Source: Guillardia theta CCMP2712
Taxonomy: Eukaryota > Protista > Cryptophyta
Direction: 5' to 3'
Assembly (NCBI RefSeq): GCF_000315625.1
Contig: NW_005434634.1
Location: 524,191 to 588,190, forward strand
Length of the DNA: 64,000 nucleotides
Part shown: positions 1 to 11,487 of the stretch, piece after piece
How the letters are laid out: the number at the start of each line of letters is the position of its first letter
Numbering within the stretch: position 1 is the stretch's first letter
Program-made: the position numbers and the translations under genes
The notes under the pieces: model-generated
Told to the model about the DNA's origin: nothing
The model's database searches: none
Seen by the model: only the letters and a program-made list of their open reading frames with translations

Positions 1-921
1 CAGCATCGACCACAAAATGCTGGAAATGATTCGGCCCCTAACCCTCCTCCTCCTCCAAAGGGGCAAAACCCACGGCCAGCCTTCGGGCGGGCCCAACGAC
101 CATCAAGCAATCAACCAATCATTATGAGCGTCAGGCCGTCTCCCCGTCAAACATTCAGACCTGTCAAGATGTCAAATGCTCTGGAATCCAACAAGAGCAG
201 GAATGCTCTAGCACTACCAGGGCTGCAGTCTGAGAATCGGCAGTCAGCGAGTAATCAAAAATTCCCTTCCATTCCCGCCCCTCCTCCTCGAACACTTGCA
301 GGCTCGCGGAATAGGCCATCGTTGACATCCAACAGGAGCATCTCGACAAGAAACCTTCCTCGGCGCTTGTTCCCTCTCAATTCAGCAGTGAGGATGGGAG
401 TACGAGGAGAATCCTCAAACCTTTCAAACCTAAAAAGAGGTGGCAACGTGAGGATGACAGGCTCCAGGAGGAATCAAATCCCTTCCTCGGAGACGCTTCC
501 ACTACCAACCGATGCCTATGGGCCTCTAAGCCCAATCGAAGAGGGTGATGAAGAGCGACGTGAAACAGCAACTTTACCAACTCGTGTCAAACCAGCACGA
601 CTGCTTGCACAACGGAGGCTAGATTGGTTGCGAAAACAACTCCTGGACAAATCGCAGGCTCGTGTCAACGACCTTCAGCTTTTGCTACCACCGAAATTCT
701 CTGTAGCAGTTTACATTCTGGCGATGTTATGGATGCTGCTGTGCTCGTACTTCATTGTCATCCATGGGATTCGATTCTCACCCCAAATGGAGGAGGCTTG
801 GCTGGTCGCTTTTGTCGTCTCAGTAATCCAAGATATCCTCATACAACAGGTATTGGTCATCGTTTTCAAATCTACTTTCCAGAAAGTTCTGCTTCCAGCA
901 GCTCTGAAGAACGTCGTTTAA
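1..921 (+). CDS. 3' part of a membrane protein ending in a polycystin-1-like TM4-TM5 hairpin (5' end outside window)
   Basis: Frame is open from base 1 to TAA at 921. A long disordered region is followed by two TM helices, 'LLCSYFIVIHGIRFSPQMEEAWLVAFVVSVIQDILIQQVLVIVFK', resembling the PKD1/PKD1L 'YG..F....WL.S...S.......QP.KV' segment. Confidence 0.55.
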   Translation, partial: QHRPQNAGNDSAPNPPPPPKGQNPRPAFGRAQRPSSNQPIIMSVRPSPRQTFRPVKMSNALESNKSRNALALPGLQSENRQSASNQKFPSIPAPPPRTLAGSRNRPSLTSNRSISTRNLPRRLFPLNSAVRMGVRGESSNLSNLKRGGNVRMTGSRRNQIPSSETLPLPTDAYGPLSPIEEGDEERRETATLPTRVKPARLLAQRRLDWLRKQLLDKSQARVNDLQLLLPPKFSVAVYILAMLWMLLCSYFIVIHGIRFSPQMEEAWLVAFVVSVIQDILIQQVLVIVFKSTFQKVLLPAALKNVV

Positions 922-1077
922 GTGATCGAGTCAGATTGAGCTAGTCGCAACACGCAAGGTGATGTTTTCCTGTCAACTTGCAGTGAGGCCTCCCTAAACT
1001 TAGCCTAAGAGAGATCAGTAGCTTTATTTCAACTAAGTAAAATCAATAATTCTGTAATACTAAAAGATGATGGACTG

Positions 1078-2328
1078 CTAAACAGGTGCTACAAAGGTCC
1101 TGATGTTCCACATCATGTGGACAGCAATAGGGACGATCAGATTCCCAGTTCGGAAGTAGAGGAGAGACCACAGGTAACCCATCAGATAAAGATGTGCAAA
1201 GGCGCGCGGATTCATATGATTCAAGGCAAACACCAAGCTTGCCAAGTCTGTAGCAGTTGACAACGGCATCATGTGACTGAATGATTGCAACAAGTAGCCG
1301 CGGTACAAAATCTCTTCCCATATCGGACCTGTGAAGCAAGGCCCGATGCCTCCAACCACTCGAGCAATGAGGTCATCTCCTTCTGGTCGTTTCAACTTGT
1401 CCACAACGGTCTCTGTCGCGCTCTCCGGAAGCGATTGCATCATATCATAGAAATTCCTCAAAATAGGAAGATTGAGAGACGAGAGAAATGTTCCCATGAG
1501 AAGCCCGAACGACGAAACAAAGCACGTGATCAAGTAGCCTACAATTATGCTAACAAATGTGATGTGATTGGGTCTTTCGATTCGGAACCAATCCTTCGAC
1601 GAGAAGAAGTTCTTCGTCCTGTTCTGGAGGATGAGACTTCCAGTGAAGACCCAGAACAAGTGCGAGAGGAGCACTTGCAGGGCACGTGAGAACCCGATGG
1701 TTATCGGCACATCCAAGATAGAAAGAGCACAGAGAAGGATGTCAATGAACTGACTCAGATACGAAGAGCTCAGGTAGGCCATGCCCAAAAGGATGTAGGT
1801 CTCCGTGGTGTGGGATTTGCTTTGCGACGTGGCTGTGCTCGGCAACTTATCTTCATCAGTAACTGAGAGAGCAAGGTTTGCAACACCCTTATCAGATCTC
1901 CGAGATCCATAAAGAACTAAACCTAGCAGTGTGATGCCCCCAACGATCACTTCGCCAGACACACTTGGTCCCTTGGGTCCGAGGGGAGAAAATGAGCTTG
2001 GAGACACAAATTTCACATGTAGAGCAAACGCTATGATTGCACCCAACGCTGCACCGAGAGTCTTTAGTGACACTGGAAAAACTGCTGAGGATCGCTTGCC
2101 ATCACTGCTAGCTCGGATCTTAGTCCTGATGCTCTGCACGATTCTATGACCAACCCACGGACGCATGTATGTCTGAGATCTTGGGTGCAGAGGCATGGAG
2201 GCAAGCCGTGATCGGCTGTTGACCCTTGTTATGAATTGAGGGGAGAAAGCATCGATAATCCCCCAGCAGGCTGCCACCAGCAGCATCCCCAGCTTCCTCC
2301 TCCATTGCCGACGACGGCCTCCGTGCAT
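1078..2328 (-). CDS. CPBP/Abi (CAAX type II) intramembrane protease, plastid-targeted
   Basis: Motifs 'GPIWEEILYRG', 'FALNH' and 'HMMWN', with multiple TMs. The first ATG (2328) gives a signal peptide ending 'IDA|F' plus an R/S-rich transit peptide. Confidence 0.85.
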   Translation of the reverse strand: MHGGRRRQWRRKLGMLLVAACWGIIDAFSPQFITRVNSRSRLASMPLHPRSQTYMRPWVGHRIVQSIRTKIRASSDGKRSSAVFPVSLKTLGAALGAIIAFALHVKFVSPSSFSPLGPKGPSVSGEVIVGGITLLGLVLYGSRRSDKGVANLALSVTDEDKLPSTATSQSKSHTTETYILLGMAYLSSSYLSQFIDILLCALSILDVPITIGFSRALQVLLSHLFWVFTGSLILQNRTKNFFSSKDWFRIERPNHITFVSIIVGYLITCFVSSFGLLMGTFLSSLNLPILRNFYDMMQSLPESATETVVDKLKRPEGDDLIARVVGGIGPCFTGPIWEEILYRGYLLQSFSHMMPLSTATDLASLVFALNHMNPRAFAHLYLMGYLWSLLYFRTGNLIVPIAVHMMWNIRTFVAPV

Positions 2329-3225
2329 TGTCCCGACAAATTCGAGTGTGAACCGGTAAACTGGGTGACCACCGGCTGCCGGAGGCTGCGCCGCTCCAGG
2401 CCGGGCTGCCAAACAGAAGATTTCGGATCATCGCGCAAGTTATGGCACCCAGGCCTTTCTTCCCTTCACTGCAGGTACGGATGGTCTTCTTCATGCTGAC
2501 GCTGAAGAAGATTTTCTTTCATACAGGGCTGTTTGATGTGCAGCTAGAGAGTGAACCGAGGCTCATAACCGACGGAGCACAAGTTTGTTAGAATGGTACT
2601 GTGCCAAAGTAATGCAGACATCCGATATCGACCTCAGCTGCAACAAGACAGTTTTTGCTCAAGACTGAGTTTGATGCACATGAAACATAGAAGGGCTCCT
2701 CTTCGACACAAGCTTTACATTGCCGCCTCGAAAACAGTGACTCGCCACGTACCGTACTACTGAGGGTACGGTCACCGACGCCGGTCGTCTTCAAGAGAGT
2801 TCTGTTAACTCGGAGACACGGCTGGCATGCGATCCATCACTTTACTGTTGCCCAAACAGGCTGTCATCAATGATGCCTGCCAGATTCCCGGTGAACGGAC
2901 ATTTGTGCCGCGGCCTCGGACCAAGTTCAGTGAGTATGTAGTAGTTTATTGACTGAAAAAGAAAGGCAAACCCGCCTCAATAAAATACTGCCAGCATGCA
3001 CGTAGTCACTGAGTAGTAGCACTGAGTAGGTCTCGTAGAAGGAGAATGATTCTCTTTTGATTGACTGAAGGCTTCGGACTTTTGACTTTTTTTTCCCCTT
3101 CTGACGGCCATCAAGACCAAGAGCCGGTGGGCAAGGAGTGAGAGGGGAGCGGAGGAAGGTAAGAGAGGAGAGGAGGGAGTCAGTGATGCCCATTACTCAA
3201 TTTTCAGCTTAGCGGGCAGGAAGTC

Positions 3226-5856
3226 ATGGCATCGAAGATAGAAAGGATAGAGGATAATGTCTCAGAGGTAATGATACTTCGACTGTGTGTTATGCATGAT
3301 GTTGAGTCAACAGTCCGGAGATCCATCTGCATTTCTGAACAAACGCTGCAATGTACGGAAGGTTTACAATGTTGTCAAAGCAAAGCTTCATGCTCGAAAA
3401 CTAGGAGCATCGGTATGTGGAGGCATAGCATCGAAACTGATGCTTCCTGACTTCGTTCAGTTTATGCGGTATGGATGCTTTTTAGCAATCTACATAGCAG
3501 TGGTTCTGGATCAGAAAAATGCGACAGTCAAGCAATCCCTGGATAATGCGTTCGACACATACTTTGTGAAAGGTTTTCAGGAATTCTGTGTATTGATTTC
3601 AAGTTGACACGAATGATCAAGCAACTTTCCGAGATCCATCTTCTCTCGAATTTAAAGGATGGTATGACATCGTCACCATTGACGATTTCTGGAATTGGTT
3701 AGAACACATTTGTAATGATTTCATGGATGACCTGGTGAATGTAGGCACCAATATCTTCTTATTCCTCGCTTGATCATCGAAGACAATTACGATTATGGCT
3801 CTCCGCCACTTCTTCCAGAACAGGCTAGTAGAATGGATGCTGGGGAGAAATTTTTTGTATGACAGAATATCAAAAACACAGAAGTACAAAATCTTAATGC
3901 ATAACAAAATTACTGGTGGATTCACGATGATGCAAAGAAGAGCCGACACTCGGTAAAACTTTGAATTTCAGATAAGTGAATAACTCATGTCTCGACTAGG
4001 ACGTGTCCGATCTTACGCAAGTATCTTGAATTCATGCCACACTGCACCTATGAGTTATATGCCAGCGGCACTGTGGGCAAAGTCAATCGGTAAATACCTG
4101 GATTGCATAGCGCATGATTGAAAAGTGTGTGTGTAGGTCAACATTCATTGGCGCGAGGGGCGAAGTATTTCGATACGACGAAAGGCCTGCTGTTTTCCCT
4201 TATCAGGACTTTGGGTACTTTGAAACCTTTCCGAGGAATCAGAGTCTCGCTCTACAGAGGCTGCTCGAGTTGAAGGTAGTTGCTGTTCTGTGACAATTGC
4301 TTCTGACCGATTCCTCCATTCAGTCACAGAGATGGATTGACGCTCAGACAAAATATTATCGATTGGATTTCGTATCTTTGAATACCAACGTGGGGCTATT
4401 CACGTATGTGAAGCTAGTTGCAAGATTCAGCAACACAGGATCGATTCTTCTTAGTCATGATATTTCAAATCTTCCGGCGTCAACATACCGAACCTCTCGT
4501 CAAAAACTGAGGTATTGCTCGATGGTATGCCACCGACATGACTTATGGTTGCAGGTTTGCCGGTGAAATCATCCTGATTCTTTTATGGTCATTGTACGTC
4601 CTACACGAAATAAAGGTGATTAGGGAGAGGTCAAGAGAAAAGGACAGTCTGGCGAATGCCTTGTATCAAAGTGCAAAGCGGCTATCAACTCTGCAGCTCT
4701 TGATCTTTGCCTGTATTATAGCAATGTGGGCCACAATTGTGCGAGAGCTCGAATCTAAGTACTCCAACCTGATCATCACAAGCCACGCCATTACCACCAA
4801 GAACCCGCCGAATCAACCTCCAGACTTTTTTTATGTCATTGCTCTGGTGGATGCCTATTTCATCTTGAACGGCATCAATATGCTCTTGTCTTTCTTTCGA
4901 TGTATCGAGTACTTGGAATTCAATTATTCTCTTTCTCGATTGACGGAAACATTCAAGTTCATGAGGAAAACTTTGCCGCAATTCCTTTTGATCTTCTGCA
5001 TAGTTGTCCTTTCTTTTATGCTAATGAGTCATCTCATGTTTGGATCGAAGTTGGCGATGTTCTCATCTTTTGGATCGGCACTGTCAGGAATCTTCTCAGT
5101 GTTGATTGGTGACATCAATTACTTTCAGCTCATGGACGCGGACTCGGTGGCAGCGCCCATCTTCTTCTATCCGCTTCTGTTTGTGATGATCTTCGTGGTT
5201 TTGAATCTCGTGATTGCAATTATCATCGATGCTCATGTGGCGATGACGGCTGAGAAGGATGTTGCTCTCCGCTCATGGATGAAAGATGTTGTCGACTTGC
5301 CCCTTACCACGCAGCTCTGGGATGGTGTCCTTCATTACCTGGAGCCGATTCGCTTCCTGTTGCCACATGCTCTGTCCGCTAGGTACGATCGAGTGAGCAA
5401 GGAGAACATCATCGACGCCTTCAACGTCTTGGAAGGGATTGAACTTCCCAGTCATGACAAATCACAAGTCAACCTCGAACGTATCTCTCTCATGGACTTG
5501 CGGCTGCTTCTTCGGGATCGCAACATCACCGAGCAGAGGCTGGCTTCGATCTTCGAGCATTATGGAGCATGGGCTGAGGAGGAGGAGCCGGTGGATACTG
5601 AGGTGACTTGTTCAAGATTTCTTCCGACACTGATAGAACTTTTCAGAAACTTGCAGATACTGACAAATTGGCGTATGCTGAGTTGCTACAAGAGGCCACG
5701 AGTGGTGCGTGTTGTTCGCTTGCGATTCAGTTCATGACGTTTCCAGCAGAGATCGAGAAGCTGTTGTCAGAGATCCAAGCCTCCATGCAGTTTTCTCAAG
5801 ACCTGCAGAAGGAGGCTGAAGAGCAGCTGGACTTGCTTATTGACGCTCACATCTGA
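3226..5856 (+). CDS. Polycystin-2 (TRPP)-like cation channel, multi-exon
   Basis: Contains 'RWIDAQTK...DFVSLNTNVGLFTYVKLVARFSNTG' (TOP domain), six TMs, pore region 'SHLMFG...FSSF...LIGD' and 'FVVLNLVIAII', and a C-terminal coiled coil. Exons are joined by ~50-nt GT-AG introns. Confidence 0.85.
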
Positions 5857-5973
5857 GAGGTGCTAGGGATGTACTATGAGGAGGAGGAGCGAGGGCGGAC
5901 AGAGAAGGGAGGGGCTTGCCAAGGGGGAGGCAGGAAGGCATAGACATTGTAGATTTAATTGCAGAAGGAAATT

Positions 5974-8900
5974 TTATTTGAGGGACTGGCGGCTCTTCAA
6001 GACGCTCTTGACCTCGTCCCATTCCTGCAAGAAGTTGAGAGGACCAAAGGAATGAGGACCCTTGCCTTGGAGGGAGCTATCCTCTCGTACATCCCCAGCT
6101 CCTCCGGCATCTCCCCGAACTCCCTTGGCCTCTGTCCGTTGAGAATCTAGAGGAAGTCAGCGCCAGCTCCCCTCCCCTCCTCTCCCTCGCACAGCTGCGA
6201 TGTCGCCCGATAGTTCCTTGTCGACATGCCACCTTCCCCTTGAGCGTTCGGTCATTCTCCTCTTCAGCATCCTGCATGTTCTCACAACCCCCGGAGCTTC
6301 CCTAACTCTCTCACGTGGCCATGACTTCTCGATCAAAGGCAGGAGCAGCTGCAACCTTGAGAGTATCGCGGACGAGAGCATCTTTGACCTACGAAAGCGT
6401 TGGTGACGAACAGCAGAGGAGAGGGAGAGGGGGGGGAAGCACCTTGAAATCAAGATCGTTGTCTCGCGACAAGCTTGGCGACGCGTTCACCTCAATCAGC
6501 CAAGGACGTAGATCTGGGAAGCATGAACAAGCGGAGAAGAAGGACAGAAGGAAGGAAGAGGAGAAGGCCAGGAGGATGAGAAGGAGGAGCACCCGAGTCT
6601 ATCAGAATGTCGAACCCGAAGAGCTCGAAGGCGTTGGGGTGCTGGGGGATGCGGTCTTGTACGCAGAAGAGCGTCTTGAGGACCACCAGCGCTACCCGCC
6701 CCCACAGGCTCTTCCAGTCGATCCCAAGTGCTCTCAGCCGCCGCTGAAGCTGCTCAAGAGAAATCTAAAGAGAATTTAGCGTCCTCCTCACTCACTCGTG
6801 GAGCAAACCTTGGAGCCCCCGGATGCATACCCGTCCGACCTTAAGTTTCGCTGCTGGAGCTCGTTGACATTGTGGCGGTTGATGGAGCTGAGGAAGGAGA
6901 GAAGAGATGAGAAGAAGGTCGGAGAGACGACCAGAGGACGAGGAGGCGCCAGCAGATGAGGAGGAGGTTGGGAGGAGCAAGCATCTCCTGTCACCTATTT
7001 GTCAAGTGAATGAAGCGGTTTGCGATGTCTCCGGCATCGAGGCTGCAAGGAGTCATTAGGAACGGTCGTGGTCTGAAGGAGCAGCTGCGAACCTGTACCG
7101 TTCGGAGCTGAAGCGAGCGAAGCCCTCCTGGTACAAAAACGCCTCGAGGGGGTTCATGCTGGTGACGAGGACGTAGAGGCGAAGGTCGAACTTGTAGCCC
7201 TCGAGGAGGAGAGGACGCTCGATGTAGGCCTGCACGATGACGCACTCGGTGTAGGAGACGGCAGCGATGTCGTTGAACACGAAGATGCCACGACCTCGCG
7301 AGGACCCCGCAGGCTTCATGATCCACAAATTCTTCGAGGTCGGGAGGTCTGCTTTCCTCGCAAACTCCGTACAGAACTGAACGTACTCACCAGGAAGCGT
7401 GAAGGTGAGCTGTGAGTGAAATATGTAAGAAGTGAAAAGCGAGGAGCACACAGCGGAGAATGAGCAGGGAGAGCAAAACAAGCAGCGGAAGAGCAAAGCA
7501 AGCAGCGGAAGAGCAAAGCAAGCAGCGGAAGAGCAGCAGACGTACAGGAGTTATGTCGAAGTACTCTCCGACTTTCCCCGGAATGTTTCGATACCTTGCA
7601 ACGTTGCGTTTGAGATTATCCTGTGAAGTGTGAGGGGAAAAGTATGCTCGTACTCAAACCTTTCGAGTCAGATGCTTCGCTTCTGGGAAATGATTCACTC
7701 GCTGCCAGATGTTGAGGTCTGACCACTGAATCTGCAGCACACGTTTGAATCCTACACGATCACATGCCTTCCTCACTTTCGGCTTGCTCCACGTCCACAG
7801 CAGGTTCCAGCAGGAAGAGTTCTTCTGCTCGAGCAGAGTTAGACAAGCTGAGAAGTGGGACGGAAGGGATGGTACGTGCGAAGCAGGCATCTCCGTCCAG
7901 TCAGCTGAATCATCTCGAAGGCTCAAGAATGCTTCAGACACGATGGAAGCGACCTGACGGGACACTCAGGAGGCGAAACGATACGGGGGCAGCTACTTCT
8001 GGTCGGTTCTGTACGACTCTGAAGAGAAGCTGGGCGGAGCTCCTCTCCTTCTGGTACGCCGACGCTCTGCCTCCTGGTCACCTCCTCGAGAAAACGTTTC
8101 AGCAGCACCTGTCCGAGCAAGCTTGAAGCGCGTCGTCCAGCTCCTTGTCTCCCATGTTGATCTTCACCTCATTCTTGCCGTGCAAGTCAATTTCCTCGAC
8201 CTCGCCTCTCCTCCTACTCGTACCTTCCGCCATCGCCCGAAGGTTGCCTTGAGCGATTCCCACTCCTTGATGAACTTCTCCGCTACCTCCGCAAACCTCT
8301 TCCTCTTCATGTCAGCCTCTCTACTTGTGAATGCTCAGCACCTGAGGATTTTCTTTTTCTCCAAGATGATGAAACGTGAAAATCTGCTCCACGGACTTGA
8401 ACTGTGATGAGTAGAGAGTAGCAGGAACTTCTGGGAGCTTCTGGCAGACAGTTTCCTTGCTCAAGGTCATCTCCTCTTCCCTGCTCGGGTCTTGGGAAGT
8501 AACAGGAGGCTCCAAGTCAAGAGCTTGACTTTGGGGTCCAACACTTGACGACTGTGTTTCTGTCGTACCTGATTGCTGCACAATCTCATTCGATGCTGCA
8601 GCCCCCAGCGGCTCAGCCTCATCATCATCACTTTCAAGTCCATCGGAGAAGGCAATGAGTTCGAGCTCATGCAATTTTCGCCTCCTGTCCCACAAGGAGT
8701 TAGGGAATTCATCTCGTCTCTCCAGCCTCTCACGTCTCCTCGTTGAGATTCTTCTGCCAGCCATCCGACGACGTCGCAAGCTCCTCTGCCTGGTCTCTGA
8801 GAGAAGGATCGTAGAAGTCTTTCTCATCCTCGTCCAGTCTGGCATGTGCCGGTTGGATCCATGGCTCTGGTGATGTCCGTTGTTCCCCTAAGAGCAAGAG

Positions 8901-11040
8901 GTCAAAAATCGCTGCGACAAGACAAACGAGCACAACCGACTGAGTCCTCAGCATCCTCAACTTCGCGCTCGTCACGACGGCGAGGAGGAGAGGGCGACGA
9001 GAAAGTCAACCCCTCAAGATCTGAATACCTGTCACTTCTTTCTTCTACCTCTTGCTCCTCCTGTGCCTCCTCGTGGCGGTTATATTGCTGTTGCTGTTGC
9101 TGTTGCTGTTGCTGATGGTGCTGTGCTTCCTCGTATAAAGCATGTTCAGGCTCTTGTGCTAGAGTATGTCCTTCTTCTGTTTGTTTGCTTCCTGTCTGTC
9201 GTTTCCTCATCTCTGCCGTGTAAGACGACATTTCTGCAGTAGAGACAGCATCGGCAACCAACTCCCCGTCTTCGTCCTCATCCTGTTCCTCTTTCTCGTC
9301 CTCGTCCCCGCCGTCGCCGTCGCCCTCGTCCCAGCCTTCGTCCTCGCCATTCTCATTCTGCTGCTGATTAGTTAGGTAAAGTTCTGGGGCGTCCTGCTCT
9401 TCTGTGCTTTGAGCAGATTCTGATTCTGTCGCTTCGCTTCCCGACCCAAAAACGTTCGAGAGCAGTTTCTTTCTCTCTACACAATTCCCTGTTCCACCTT
9501 TTTGCGCTTCTCTGCTTTCCTGCTTCTTGTTTCCCTCCTTCCCACAATTGTCTACATTCAACAGATTCCCGTCATTTTCCGCGCTAAATGTGAACTCTTC
9601 TTGTCCTGATGTCGTATCCTCCGAAGTAGGATGATCAAGCAAGCCTCTGTTCACTTCGTCTCGGCAATCTCTTGACTCGTTCACATCAGAATTCTTCCTG
9701 GCTCCTTTCTCCGCTTGGAGGACATTCTTCACTCGCCGACCTTGTTTGGAAGTAATGTCGTTAGTTTGACTTTGATGCAATTCTATGCTCGATTTGAAAG
9801 ATGCTGAGCTAATTACGGAAAGCCGCTCTTTCTGGTTGGACTTGGTAGTTTCCTCGGAAACGTTTTGCTTCTCCACTTGTTTTCTCTTGTGCTCTGCTAT
9901 CCTCTGAAGAATCTTCTTCTTTTGCTCTTTGTGCAGCTCCAACTGCTGTTTTTCTTGTTGCTCCTTTTCAAGTTTCTTTGCTTGTTTCTCCTGCTGTTTC
10001 TTTTCTTTGTCTGCTCGGGCATCGGCTTCCTTCTCATCCTGTCGTTTGCTTTTTGTCTTGGTGCGGTTCGATACTCCCGACGTCATGAAGCAAACTTCAA
10101 CCTTCCCTCCCCCTCCCAGAGAGAATGCCTGAGATGGAGGGGGCTTCGGCCGCGGAATCCATGGGCGATCACGAGATATCTGACTTCCGCGAGAGGTCTT
10201 GACCTGCAAACTTTCCTTCCCCACTGCGTTTCCGTCCCGTGAGTTTGATGATTCAGATGATGAGCGAGCTCGCTTCAGTTCTGCTCCTCCAGATGATGTT
10301 TTGGGTTGGATGGGAATCTTAGAAGAGAAAGCAGGTGCCTGATTGACTGAAGCACTCCGTGTGGAGCTAGCGAGAGGTTTGATAGGGTCAGACGTTATAG
10401 GCAGGGGTCTAGGTTGGTCTGGTTGCTGGGAGGGAGGAGGAATCGCCTCCAACTTGATCAGACGTCCTTCAGCACGTTCCTACAAGAGCGTGCGTCATTG
10501 GCCATCGAGCTGTCAAACTCCATCTTACCTTCAGTTCTAGATTCAGAAACATGATAAGCTTGTCTGCATTGTCTGGTGCATATCCTTGCGATTTGGCCTG
10601 CATGTAAGTTGTCAAGAAGATTTTCTGTCTCAGTCTCTAGTTGATGTTACATGTTGAAGCATCAGGAGCCTGCCCTTGATACCCTCCGTGGTCATCGCAA
10701 AGACTTCTTCCATCTCGAACTGCAGAGCAGCTGCCACCTGCAATGGTCTCAGAATCCTGGAAAGAGAGCGGAACAGCAAAGGACCTGCTCGGTGAAGAGG
10801 CTTGTGATTTCCCTCTGCATCTTATGTGTTGTTGAACTGGATGCAACGCTCTTCTCCTGCGAACTTCTGACTTCTCAGCTGGCCAATGCTTCTGTGCCGT
10901 GGACGGTAGTTTTCATATCCATCTCTTGCAACGCCAGTCAAAGCTCTCCGCCCTCTTCATTTTCCCTCATCTTCCACTTGTTCCTCCTTGTCGGCCTCTA
11001 TCATGTCAGTTGCAGCGGTGTGCTGCTTCAGCAGGACCAT
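5974..11040 (-). CDS. Tubulin-tyrosine-ligase-like glutamylase (TTLL2/TTLL1-like) with long charged low-complexity N-terminus; 5' end approximate
   Basis: TTL motifs 'QRVNHFP..KHLTRK', 'WIMKPAGSSRGRGI', 'KFDLRLYVLVTS', 'IHLTN', 'FELFGFDILID' and 'PWLIEVNASPSL' lie in 6470-7900. Upstream ORFs 8321-8845 and 8902-10452 on the same strand are inferred to be further exons. Confidence 0.8.
7480..7536. repeat. 20-bp tandem repeat (aagcagcggaagagcaaagc) x~3, intronic
   Basis: Directly visible. Confidence 0.85.
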
Positions 11041-11245
11041 CCCAGTCCCTCCGCTTCCACCACAGATTCAACTCCCATGGCGTTCCCCCGATCGATTTGA
11101 TTCGAATCAATCATTGCCATATGAACAGTTGAACCGAAAAAAGTCACCAAATTCGATTTCAATCGGTTCAAACAATTTTGAATCTCCAATTCCCGCCATG
11201 CAGAATTTTGTATCCCCTCTCTTCTGCCCCTTATGGTAATCCCTT

Positions 11246-11346
11246 CCTCCCCTCCTTCCTTCAACTAGCTCCTCCTCTCCCTGCCATACCTCCCTACCTC
11301 CCCTCCTTCCTTCAACTAGCTCCTCCTCTCCCTGCCATACCTCCCT
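11246..11346. repeat. 51-bp direct tandem duplication between the divergent TTLL and PIBF1 genes
   Basis: cctcccctccttccttcaactagctcctcctctccctgccatacctccct occurs twice. Confidence 0.9.
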
Positions 11347-11487
11347 CTCACAGATTCTTCAAACTACATCCCCGATGGCTCCCTGCGATTGATCTCAGAC
11401 AAGGTTAATCGGGTGTAGCGGTCTACGACAAGTTTCGTCTTCAGTGAATAGTATTGCCTTGTTGTCTCAATCAATCAAAGAATCAGC

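Noticed and set aside
2480-3200. Small ORFs between the CAAX protease and PKD2-like genes
   Set aside because: No coding signal; the region is more consistent with a divergent promoter/UTR.
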